Shown here one piece after another: positions 17,690-26,659 of a DNA stretch of 64,000 nt. Numbering within the stretch: position 1 is the stretch's first letter; each line of letters opens with the position of its first letter. The position numbers and the translations under genes were made by a program. Source of the DNA: Ignavibacteriaceae bacterium. GTDB lineage: Bacteria; Bacteroidota; Ignavibacteria; Ignavibacteriales; Ignavibacteriaceae. The notes beneath the pieces are model-generated. The model was given only the letters and a program-made list of their open reading frames with translations. It searched no databases and was not told the origin of the DNA. The stretch lies in contig JABDPB010000012.1 in assembly GCA_013042995.1 (NCBI GenBank), positions 25,093 to 89,092 on the forward strand, written 5' to 3'.

Positions 17690-18360
17690 TTTATAAAACC
17701 AATTTCTTTGTATACTCTGAACCTAAATATAATATCATTAAAAGAAAACAAGTCTGAAGAAGCGCTTGTATTTTGAAATATAGTGTTGAATTCTAATTTC
17801 CAGGAACTATCAACTATGTAACCAAAGCCTAATACGCATCTAAACTCGTTCAACTGAAAATCAATATCCTTTCCATAATTAACAAACCATTCGAACTGCA
17901 ACGGAAAATAGATATTGTGAACAATTTGAATTGATGTGCTGAGTCTGTAGCGTGCTCTGAAAATGAAAGTATTCAAAGTGTTCCCGCTAAAAAATCTTTC
18001 CTCAAATCTGAAGTAATGATTTAATTGTATAGACAAAAATTTTGGATATTTAATTTGCAATCCCTGGAACGGTCTGAATTCCCACAGTGTAGTCTCTTTG
18101 TCAAATGTTGAAAAAGCTCCAAAGCCTCCGTGTAAGATTAAAATGCTATTTAATTGAAATGATGCTGATGGACGCACATAAAAACGATGGAAGTTTTTAT
18201 TGATGAAGATTGTTCTATAACCAACATCTCCATATGTTTTCCATAGCTCGTTAAATTTATAGCTGCCGTTGAAGTCAAACCAGCTTTGAAATTCAGTATC
18301 GGTAATCTGTCCATATGACAGTAAAGATATAGTAAAGAGCAAAAAACAAACTCTCTTCAT
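17686..18360 (-). CDS. Outer-membrane beta-barrel protein, DUF2490-like
   Basis: Signal peptide, alternating aromatic strands, NHYFRFEERFF motif reminiscent of DUF2490. ATGA overlap with the downstream PLC-like gene. Confidence 0.45.
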   Translation of the reverse strand: MKRVCFLLFTISLLSYGQITDTEFQSWFDFNGSYKFNELWKTYGDVGYRTIFINKNFHRFYVRPSASFQLNSILILHGGFGAFSTFDKETTLWEFRPFQGLQIKYPKFLSIQLNHYFRFEERFFSGNTLNTFIFRARYRLSTSIQIVHNIYFPLQFEWFVNYGKDIDFQLNEFRCVLGFGYIVDSSWKLEFNTIFQNTSASSDLFSFNDIIFRFRVYKEIGFIK

Positions 18361-18385
18361 TTTATCCGAGACTCCGCAGTGAACA

Positions 18386-19387
18386 TTATTTCCCTAATGT
18401 GGCAACCATTACTGCTTTAATCGTGTGCAGTCTGTTCTCTGCTTGATCAAATACAATAGAGTGCTTTGATTCAAAAACATCTTCAGTCACTTCCATTCCA
18501 TCCAACTCGTACTTTTGAAAAATATCTTCGCCAATTGTTGTTTCTCTATTGTGGAATGCAGGAAGGCAGTGTAAGAATTTAACTTTAGGATTTTTTGTTA
18601 GTTTAATTGCTTCTGCATTCACCTGGAATGGTTTCATCAAATTAATTCTCTTTTCCCACTTTTCAGCTGGTTCACCCAATGATAACCAAACATCTGTGTA
18701 AAGGAAATCGACTCCTTTAACACCAACCTCAACTTTTTCAGTTAGGGATATTTTTCCTTTAGCTTTTTTAGCGATCTTTCGGCATTCATTTACCAATTGC
18801 TCATCAGGCCAGTTATCTTTTGGAGCACAAAGTCGAACATCCATTCCCATTTTTGCTGCACCAACCATTAAAGAATTGCCCATATTATTTCTTGCATCGC
18901 CTAAATAACAGTAAGAGATGTTTTTTAATTTTTTACGGGAATGTTCTTCCATCGTAAGTAAATCAGCGAGAACTTGGGTAGGATGATACTCATTAGTTAA
19001 GCCATTCCACACAGGTACTTTAGAATACTTTGCAAGTTCTTCAACACGTGTTTGTCCAAATCCACGGTATTCAATTCCATGATACATTCTTCCCAAAACT
19101 CTTGCTGTGTCCTTCATTGATTCTTTATGCCCAATTTGCGAACCACTTGGACCCAAATAGGTAACTTTTGCACCCTGATCAAAAGCAGCGACTTCAAATG
19201 CACAACGGGTTCTGGTGGAACTCTTTTCAAAAATCAGTGCAATGTTTTTTCCTTTTAATTTTTTCTTTTCTTTTCCTTTTCTTTTATCTTCTTTTAACTT
19301 TTTCGAAAGATCAAGCAAGTAACGAATTTCTTTGGATGAAAAGTCTAATAATTTAAGAAAACTTCTTTTTTTGAGGCCTTTTGCCAT
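18386..19387 (-). CDS. argF: Ornithine carbamoyltransferase
   Basis: [26 protein letters not shown]. Collinear along its full length with E. coli ArgI as I recall it. Confidence 0.92.
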   Translation of the reverse strand: MAKGLKKRSFLKLLDFSSKEIRYLLDLSKKLKEDKRKGKEKKKLKGKNIALIFEKSSTRTRCAFEVAAFDQGAKVTYLGPSGSQIGHKESMKDTARVLGRMYHGIEYRGFGQTRVEELAKYSKVPVWNGLTNEYHPTQVLADLLTMEEHSRKKLKNISYCYLGDARNNMGNSLMVGAAKMGMDVRLCAPKDNWPDEQLVNECRKIAKKAKGKISLTEKVEVGVKGVDFLYTDVWLSLGEPAEKWEKRINLMKPFQVNAEAIKLTKNPKVKFLHCLPAFHNRETTIGEDIFQKYELDGMEVTEDVFESKHSIVFDQAENRLHTIKAVMVATLGK

Positions 19388-19563
19388 TTTTAGTCTCCTG
19401 ATAAATGGGTTTTGTTCTAATAAATGATAAATCTTTGTTTATTTACTTAGCAAATCTAAAAGTTTAGTGCAAGATTAGAAAACAATAACTATATAACCTG
19501 TAGATAGATTCCAGAATGGGTGTGAAATTTGTGTTAAGAGCTTTGCAAAAATTTTAAATTTAA

Positions 19564-22047
19564 TTAACTATCAAAACTATCTTTTTCGTCCTCATTTTCA
19601 AAGCGTTTCTTTCTGCTGGTAACATCGCTTTCTGTTTTCTCTTCTTTTGTCCTATCGCTAATGATGTGTAAATCTCTTTGCGGGAAAGGAATTACAACTC
19701 CCTCTTTCTCAAATGCTTCATCAATTGCAACCCGGATATCGCTTCTAATAAAAATCCAATCAGGGTGAGAAGTCCAGCATCGTAACTCAAACTCCAAGTA
19801 ACTTTCTGCAAAATCATTAAATAATACGTACGGTGCAGGGGTTGTTAGAATATCCTGCTGATCTTTAGCACATTTAAGTAAAGTCTGCATGACTAGCTCG
19901 ATATTAGTACCGTAAGAAACGCCTACTTTAATATCTAATCTTCTTAATCTATCTGTCATAGTCCAGTTAACAAGTTTATTTGCAATTAACTGTCCATTAG
20001 GAACAATTACTTCAGCTCCCTGCCATGTTTTAATGATACTGGATCTTATGCCTATTTGCATTACTTTACCTGAAAGAGTATCAATTTGAACAGCGTCCCC
20101 AATTTGAATAGGTCTTTCAAAAATCAAAATTAAACCAGAGATAAAGTTTCTAACAAGGTCCTGAAGTCCAAATCCGATACCTACACCAAGAGCACCAGCA
20201 AGCAAAGCAAATTTATCCAGATCGAGTCCGGCAGCCGAAAAAGCTACCACTATTCCAAATCCAACAATAATATATTTAACGATTGCAGAAATAGCACCAG
20301 GTACACCACGCGGTAAGGTCATTCGGGAGAGAACATCTCCCTCCAAAAAAAATCGAATAAGCCTTGCAAGAAGAACAGATATCCAAATTGTTACAAAAAA
20401 TAAAACTACATCAGCAATTGAGATTGAAAAAGTCCCTATAGCCCATTCTCCTGTAACAAAATTTAAAAAGTAGTCTTCTACCGGAAGGAGAATCTCGAAA
20501 TTCAACAGAAAAATAGTTACCCACCAAAAAATAAAAGCATACCTGATAATTTTACCAGTAGTTATTTTAATTTTATCCGGATATAGCTTAACAACTTTTA
20601 ATTTTCCAGCAATTTTTGAAAGTAGAAAAATATCTAGGAGTGCATTCAGTGTTATAGAAGCTGTAACTAAAATTACTGCTGCAAATATAGAATTGAGTGT
20701 TTTGACCACTAATATTTCCGCCAATGTAATATAACCAAAGATATTTGCGAGCAATGATACTCCAAAGAAGATTACAGCTATTCGAATACCAGTTTTTATG
20801 GCACCAAAACCTTTCTTTCCTTCCATAGCCGATTGGATAGGTCTTTTAATCAGCAACCAAAGGAAGCCGGATAGTGCCAGGATGGTTAACATCAATAATA
20901 CGATTCTCTCTAGTAAAGATTCAGTTGGCGAAATGCTTTGAATTTCTGATAGAACAAGAAGAGTAGCTAAACCATATAGTGGTATTCTAACGGATTTATG
21001 AGAAATATTTGTGATGATTCTTAATAATGGAATGAGTATCAACATTTTAATAAAACTAACTAGAACTTCAGGTAATTCAGGATAAATAAGAAAGAAAAAC
21101 AATAAAAAAAGCAACACGCTGATGGATATGGGTCGCTCAAGTAATCGAAGAGCCATATCCAAAGAATTACCAGGACTTTCTAATTTTTTACTAAAATTTT
21201 TAAAACCATATACTAGTAATAGTAAAATCAAAAAAAGGAAAATATCTATAGCAATATTTCGTTTATTAATTTCAATGAAATCATTTGCCGATCTTCTGTA
21301 AAGTTCCCAAACATCTGACATTTGAGTTGATAGTGCAGCTGTATCCTTTGGTTGACCTAGTGCTTCCCATAGAGGGGCTGTATCCTGACTGAATATTGAT
21401 TGTCTGCGTTGATTAAGGGCATCAATTAACTTTGAAACATTAATACCCAAAGCAATGCTTTCATCTGCAAGTGCGGTTTGAATTTTAAGATCCTTGGTAA
21501 TAAGCTTACCAATTTCTGTTTGATATTTTTTCAACTTGGATTGTATATCTCTAACACTTTGAAGCAATTCTGCAGGTGCTTCTTCACTTAGTGCATTATC
21601 ATAAGTTCTTTGCCAAATACCAATCATTTCTTCAAGTTTGGATTTTTCAACTTCCAGTTCAGTTACTCTTTCGCCAACAATCGATTGCCAACCTGACATT
21701 TTTTCATCAAAGTTTGCCCAGCGCTGTCGTAGATCTTCAAGTTTACGAGTATTGTATTGATCAAGATTATCTAGATCAGCTTCGTTTAGTAAATCTTCTT
21801 TGTTTTTTAGATAAACATCCCAAGAAGAATCAATTAATGCAATATCTTGTGAAGGTTGTACGACCCCTTCCAGTTTCTGAATGTAAAGAGATATCTCTTC
21901 AGTTTTAGCTGGTATCTCAACAGATTGATAAGTAATAAGTTCAGAAGGTTTTTCTTCTTGTTGTTGTAAGAGACCTTGCTCTTGACCAAAAGACGAACTT
22001 ATTAATGAAAACAGAAATGCAATAAAAAAATGTTTACAAGCCCTCAT
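19564..22047 (-). CDS. Mechanosensitive channel, MscK/KefA-like (MscS family with a large N-terminal coiled-coil domain)
   Basis: 827 aa: signal peptide, ~250-aa coiled-coil region, multiple TM helices, and an MscS core (GVGIGFGLQDLVRNFISGLILIFERPIQIGD). Confidence 0.85.
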   Translation of the reverse strand: MRACKHFFIAFLFSLISSSFGQEQGLLQQQEEKPSELITYQSVEIPAKTEEISLYIQKLEGVVQPSQDIALIDSSWDVYLKNKEDLLNEADLDNLDQYNTRKLEDLRQRWANFDEKMSGWQSIVGERVTELEVEKSKLEEMIGIWQRTYDNALSEEAPAELLQSVRDIQSKLKKYQTEIGKLITKDLKIQTALADESIALGINVSKLIDALNQRRQSIFSQDTAPLWEALGQPKDTAALSTQMSDVWELYRRSANDFIEINKRNIAIDIFLFLILLLLVYGFKNFSKKLESPGNSLDMALRLLERPISISVLLFLLFFFLIYPELPEVLVSFIKMLILIPLLRIITNISHKSVRIPLYGLATLLVLSEIQSISPTESLLERIVLLMLTILALSGFLWLLIKRPIQSAMEGKKGFGAIKTGIRIAVIFFGVSLLANIFGYITLAEILVVKTLNSIFAAVILVTASITLNALLDIFLLSKIAGKLKVVKLYPDKIKITTGKIIRYAFIFWWVTIFLLNFEILLPVEDYFLNFVTGEWAIGTFSISIADVVLFFVTIWISVLLARLIRFFLEGDVLSRMTLPRGVPGAISAIVKYIIVGFGIVVAFSAAGLDLDKFALLAGALGVGIGFGLQDLVRNFISGLILIFERPIQIGDAVQIDTLSGKVMQIGIRSSIIKTWQGAEVIVPNGQLIANKLVNWTMTDRLRRLDIKVGVSYGTNIELVMQTLLKCAKDQQDILTTPAPYVLFNDFAESYLEFELRCWTSHPDWIFIRSDIRVAIDEAFEKEGVVIPFPQRDLHIISDRTKEEKTESDVTSRKKRFENEDEKDSFDS

Positions 22048-22226
22048 AGTTGAATGTCAGCTATTATTGAAATGTTATTAAAGTAATCTTACTAATTTTT
22101 TCTGTAAAATGCTTATTTAATGTAACCTAAATAAAATGCTATTAGAAATACAGGAAATTATTTTGCTTTTAAATAATACAATTAGTTAATAAATTGACCT
22201 ATAGTATTTATGAATTCAGCTGAATA

Positions 22227-22772
22227 ATGAAAATACAAAACTACTTATTAGTATTATTTTTACTCTATGCTCTTGTTGCTTGCTCATCAATTAATGTTGT
22301 TACAGATTACGACCCTACTCAAGATTTTTCAAAATATAAAACTTACCGATGGGCAAGAGTTAAAGAAGTAAATACGAAAGACGTACTAAATAAAAATAGT
22401 TTTTTAAGAAAAAGAGTTCAGGCAGCTGTTGATACTGTTTTATATCAAAAAGGATTTGAAAAGCTAAGAGAAGGAGATCCAGATTTCGTGATTTTTATAC
22501 ATGCGGGTGTTCAACCTAGAATGAATGTCTACCATCACGGTCCTTACTACTATAGCCCCTGGTGGGGACCCTACGGCGGTTACACTTCAGTAAGTTATTA
22601 TGAGCAGGGAACTCTGGTAATAGATATTGTGGACAATAAAGAGAAGGAACTATCGTGGCGAGGATTGGGCAGCGGAACAGTAAAAAGATTTTCGGATCCT
22701 GAAGCTCTCCAGGAGGAAATTAATTATACAGTTGGAAAGATTTTAGAAGACTTTCCCCCGAATAAAAATTAA
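22227..22772 (+). CDS. DUF4136 lipoprotein
   Basis: Lipobox LVAC, VVTDYDPTQDFSKYKTYRW, QGTLVIDIVDNKEKELSWRG. Confidence 0.65.
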   Translation: MKIQNYLLVLFLLYALVACSSINVVTDYDPTQDFSKYKTYRWARVKEVNTKDVLNKNSFLRKRVQAAVDTVLYQKGFEKLREGDPDFVIFIHAGVQPRMNVYHHGPYYYSPWWGPYGGYTSVSYYEQGTLVIDIVDNKEKELSWRGLGSGTVKRFSDPEALQEEINYTVGKILEDFPPNKN

Positions 22773-22808
22773 AAAAGTATTTAATTAATTAAACAAAATG
22801 GAGAAAAT

Positions 22809-23396
22809 ATGAAAAAGTTAGCTCTACTATTACTGCTTCCAATAAGTTTTGTGTTTGCAGAGGGAAATTTTGAAAACATTAAAAATGAAACTAAATATGT
22901 TTACAATCCATTTGAACCCGTCACTGCACAAAGCAAAGTTTATTATGGTGGAAATGTCGGATTCAGATTTTGGAACAATTACTTCTATTTGGGTGTGTTT
23001 CCTTTAGTGGGATATAAAGTAACGCCAAAGTTCTCTGTTGGTGGTAAGATAGGTTATGCTTATATAAGTGATAGCAGATATAACCCATCCTTTAATTCCA
23101 GTAACTATGGGGGAAGTATATTCACCAGATATAGAATAATTCCACAAATATACGTTCATGCAGAATACATGTATTTCAGTTACGAAAGAATAACTTCCCT
23201 TAATGTATCAGGCAACTCTTATAACACAGATAGGTTTTGGGTTCCGTTTCTTTTATTAGGCGGAGGATTTAGCCAGATGGTTGGACCAAATGTTTGGGTT
23301 TTTGCAGAAGTTTTATTCGATGTAATTAATGATCCTAACTCACCTTACAAATCTGGTGACCCATTTGTAAGTTTTGGTGCCGGTGTTGGATTTTAA
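22809..23396 (+). CDS. Small outer-membrane beta-barrel protein (hypothetical)
   Basis: Signal peptide, alternating aromatic strands, terminal ...GAGVGF. Confidence 0.5.
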   Translation: MKKLALLLLLPISFVFAEGNFENIKNETKYVYNPFEPVTAQSKVYYGGNVGFRFWNNYFYLGVFPLVGYKVTPKFSVGGKIGYAYISDSRYNPSFNSSNYGGSIFTRYRIIPQIYVHAEYMYFSYERITSLNVSGNSYNTDRFWVPFLLLGGGFSQMVGPNVWVFAEVLFDVINDPNSPYKSGDPFVSFGAGVGF

Positions 23397-23431
23397 AGTG
23401 GGTATTTTGATTAGTTAGAAATAAACTAGAG

Positions 23432-23506
23432 TCGGGGTGGGGGGATTCGAACCCCCGACCTCTTCGTCCCGAACGAAGCGCGCTAACCTGGCTGCGCTAC
23501 ACCCCG
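23432..23506 (-). tRNA. tRNA-Pro (anticodon CGG), no encoded CCA
   Basis: The reverse complement folds as a cloverleaf: acceptor CGGGGTG/CACCCCG, D stem GCGC/GCGC, anticodon stem CTTCG/CGAAG with loop TTCGGGA, T stem GGGGG/CCCCC with loop TTCGAAT. Confidence 0.95.
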
Positions 23507-23786
23507 TAATCTTTTTTTACATTTAAGAAAAATTTACTTTACAAAAATGTTCATTTATTTGAAAAAAACAACTATGATTATCTTTCTATTTGGAAAGAAA
23601 TTTGTAGTAAATTGGCAATTCGGTTAAGCTGATTTCAGCTTATTATTTGTAATAAATATTGTTTTTGTTTAATATTTGTAATATCTTAATTCAGTAAATT
23701 GTATAAACTTAAATAGCTCTTGTTAAAATGATTCTTAAAAAGAGAACAAAAAACATATTCTATCACAACATAGTGAGGGAAACCTT

Positions 23787-24923
23787 ATGAAAAAAACACT
23801 TACGTTATTTGCAGTACTCACAGCGATGATGTTGTCCAGCAATACTTTTGCTCAGGACCGTTACGTCTGGACAGATGCATGGGCATTCGGATTTGGATTT
23901 AGTTATCCAATGTATGTGTCAATCAACGATGCTCAATTAAAATCAAGTGCGTTCTATGGTGGTTACTTATCCATTCAAAGAAACTTTTCGGAACACCTGT
24001 CTTGGAGATTAAAAGGTGCTTATAGCCATGTAAGTGCTAAGTATGATCCAGGTGTACCAAATGGAAACGCAAGAGTTGAAAATAATATGATTACTGGTGA
24101 TCTGGATTTTATGTATTATTTTAATCCTTGTGAACCAATTACCATGTTCCTCTTAGCTGGTGCCGGTGTTAATTATAACAAACCTGAAAATGCTTCTGAT
24201 CCTGATTTAGACAATGAAAGTAATCTTGCTGCACAATTTAACATTGGTGCAGGTGTTGATATTAGGATTGGAAAATTTTGGAGATTACACGGCGAAGGAG
24301 TCTATCATACTGTGGGTAATAGTAAAATTGACGGTAGACGAGGTACTTCCAACAGTTTTTTTGGAGGAACTGCAAACGATACTTGGGTAAATGCTGATAT
24401 TGGTCTTCTTTATTACTTTGGTGTAGGAGAACCCTCAAAGTATTGTCAGCTCTATACAGGAATTGCAGAAGTTGACTATAATAAAATTGAGGATATAGTA
24501 AGAAGATATCAGACTGTTCCTACAGAAGTTGATTATGACAGAATTTGTGAAATTGTTAAGAAATGTATGGGTCCAACAAAGGTTGAAGACAAGTGGGTAC
24601 TTGTTGGTGTTAATTTTGATTTCAACAAAGCAACACTAAGACCTGAATCTTATCCAATTCTTGATAATGCTGCTGCAATTCTTCTATCTCATGATGATGT
24701 CAGAGTTGAAGTTCAAGGACATACAGATCAGATAGGATCTGATAAGTATAATGACAAACTTTCACAAAAAAGAGCTGACGCTGTTAAGAAATATCTTATA
24801 GCAAAAGGCGTAGACGCCAGCAGACTAACCACAGTTGGTAAAGGTGAAAGAGATTTGTTATTCAAAGAAATGGATCCTGTAAGCAGATTCTATAACAGAA
24901 GAGTTGAATTCCACGTTAAATAG
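23787..24923 (+). CDS. OmpA family protein (N-terminal barrel plus C-terminal peptidoglycan-binding OmpA domain)
   Basis: Signal peptide; C-terminal NFDFNKATLRPES...VEVQGHTDQIGSDKYNDKLSQKRADAV...GKGE. Confidence 0.9.
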   Translation: MKKTLTLFAVLTAMMLSSNTFAQDRYVWTDAWAFGFGFSYPMYVSINDAQLKSSAFYGGYLSIQRNFSEHLSWRLKGAYSHVSAKYDPGVPNGNARVENNMITGDLDFMYYFNPCEPITMFLLAGAGVNYNKPENASDPDLDNESNLAAQFNIGAGVDIRIGKFWRLHGEGVYHTVGNSKIDGRRGTSNSFFGGTANDTWVNADIGLLYYFGVGEPSKYCQLYTGIAEVDYNKIEDIVRRYQTVPTEVDYDRICEIVKKCMGPTKVEDKWVLVGVNFDFNKATLRPESYPILDNAAAILLSHDDVRVEVQGHTDQIGSDKYNDKLSQKRADAVKKYLIAKGVDASRLTTVGKGERDLLFKEMDPVSRFYNRRVEFHVK

Positions 24924-24950
24924 TTAAACTGGAAATCATTGTTTTATAAA

Positions 24951-24976
24951 GGGATTCTATTCAGAATCCCTTTTTT
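24951..24976 (+). terminator. Rho-independent terminator after ompA
   Basis: GGGATTCT (24951-24958), loop ATTC, AGAATCCC (24963-24970), then TTTTTT. Confidence 0.8.
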
Positions 24977-25091
24977 ATTATTCTTTCTAATTATTTATAC
25001 CTGGTCAAGTAGCTATTAAGTATTAAATTGAATTTGCTGCCTTAAATAATTTTTGTAATTTTGTCTTAGTATATAAATAAGATTTTATCAA

Positions 25092-25180
25092 CCTTTAAAT
25101 CTATCCGGAGAGATGGAAAAGGAAAAACAGTTAAATAAGAATAGAACCTCCAAGGAATTTTTCCAAGGAGGATTTTTTTT
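25092..25180 (+). promoter_or_regulatory. PyrR-binding leader/attenuator of the pyrR-pyrB-pyrC operon
   Basis: CCTTTAAATCTATCCGGAGAGATGGAAAAGG (25092-25122) resembles the PyrR RNA motif (CCUUUAA...UCCAGAGAGG...AAGG). A hairpin follows, CCTCCAAGGA/TCCAAGGAGG (about 25147-25171), then T8 immediately before the ATG. Confidence 0.6.
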
Positions 25181-25729
25181 ATGAAGATCAAATCAAAAAT
25201 AGCGGATAAAGAAGGTTTAGACAGAATACTTACCAGAATTTCGCACGAGATTCTTGAAAAAAACAAGGGATCGAAAAATTTAGTTCTAATCGGGATGCGT
25301 ACTCGTGGTGAATTTCTTGCAAAACGGATTCAGGAAAAAATAAAATTAATCGATAGTGCTGATTTGCCATTGGGTGTACTAGATGTTACTCTTTACAGAG
25401 ATGATTTTAGAACAAGAATAAAACAGCCCGAAATTTCCGTTTCTGATATAACGTCCGATTTAAACAAAAAGGATGTTATTCTTGTAGATGATGTTTTATA
25501 TACCGGCAGAACAGTTCGTGCAGCACTTAATGCGCTTATGGATTTGGGCCGGCCGGCTTCAATCCAACTTTTTATTTTAGTTGATAGAGGACACCGTGAA
25601 CTGCCCATTAGAGCAGACTACGTTGGTAAAAATATTCCAACATCCCAAAATGAAGAAATTAAAGTCCGCCTCTCTGAAGTTGATGATGAAGATGCTATTT
25701 ATGTCGTTGAAACAGAGAGTGAGGAATAG
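25181..25729 (+). CDS. pyrR: Bifunctional pyrimidine operon regulator / uracil phosphoribosyltransferase PyrR
   Basis: LVLIGMRTRG, PRPP motif VILVDDVLYTGRTVRAAL, LVDRGHRELPIRADYVG. Confidence 0.93.
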   Translation: MKIKSKIADKEGLDRILTRISHEILEKNKGSKNLVLIGMRTRGEFLAKRIQEKIKLIDSADLPLGVLDVTLYRDDFRTRIKQPEISVSDITSDLNKKDVILVDDVLYTGRTVRAALNALMDLGRPASIQLFILVDRGHRELPIRADYVGKNIPTSQNEEIKVRLSEVDDEDAIYVVETESEE

Positions 25730-25731
25730 CA

Positions 25732-26652
25732 ATGCCGTTATCAAGCAATCATTTACTTGGACTGCAGGGTGTTTCCAAAGAAGATTTACAATTAATTTTA
25801 GATACTGCACACACTTTTAGAGAAATTTTAGACAGACCCATTAAAAAAGTACCTACGCTTCAGGGTAAAACAATTGTAAATCTTTTCTACGAAAGTTCAA
25901 CACGAACACGTATTTCATTTGAACTTGCTGAAAAAAGATTATCTGCCGATGCAATTAATTTTGCAGTTTCCGGAAGCAGCGTAAGCAAAGGTGAAACATT
26001 TAAAGACACAATTAAAAATATTGAAGCAATGAAAATTGATATGGTTATTGTTAGACACTCTGCTGCCGGAGCTCCTGTTTATCTTACGAAAATTTGCGAT
26101 GCAAATATTATTAATGCTGGAGATGGAACACACGAGCATCCCACGCAAGCATTGCTTGATATGTATTCAATCAGACAAAAATTAGGAAAGCTTGAAGGAT
26201 TAAAAGTTTGTATTGTTGGAGATATTGCTCATAGCCGTGTTGCCCTTTCAAATATTTTTGGATTGCAAACAATGGGGGCAAAAGTTTCAGTTTGTGGTCC
26301 GTCAACAATGATACCTAAAAACATTAAAGATTTGGGCGTTGAAGTAATTTACAATATTGATGAGGCCATTCAGGATAATGATGTTTTAAATGTGTTGCGA
26401 ATACAACTTGAAAGAAATGCTGGCGAATATTTCCCATCCATCCGCGAATATGCAAAGTATTTTGGAATAACAAATGAAAGACTAGACAAAAACGGGAAAG
26501 ATGTATTAATTCTTCATCCGGGTCCTATAAACAGAGGTGTCGAATTATCTTCTGAAGTAGCCGACGGTTCGAATCAAATTATTCTCTACCAGGTTACAAA
26601 CGGAGTAGCAATCAGAATGGCTGTTCTGTATTTATTAGGAACTCTAAACTAA
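25732..26652 (+). CDS. pyrB: Aspartate carbamoyltransferase catalytic subunit
   Basis: FYESSTRTRISFE, HPTQALLD, ILHPGPINRGVE. Confidence 0.95.
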   Translation: MPLSSNHLLGLQGVSKEDLQLILDTAHTFREILDRPIKKVPTLQGKTIVNLFYESSTRTRISFELAEKRLSADAINFAVSGSSVSKGETFKDTIKNIEAMKIDMVIVRHSAAGAPVYLTKICDANIINAGDGTHEHPTQALLDMYSIRQKLGKLEGLKVCIVGDIAHSRVALSNIFGLQTMGAKVSVCGPSTMIPKNIKDLGVEVIYNIDEAIQDNDVLNVLRIQLERNAGEYFPSIREYAKYFGITNERLDKNGKDVLILHPGPINRGVELSSEVADGSNQIILYQVTNGVAIRMAVLYLLGTLN

Positions 26653-26659
26653 GCTTAAT

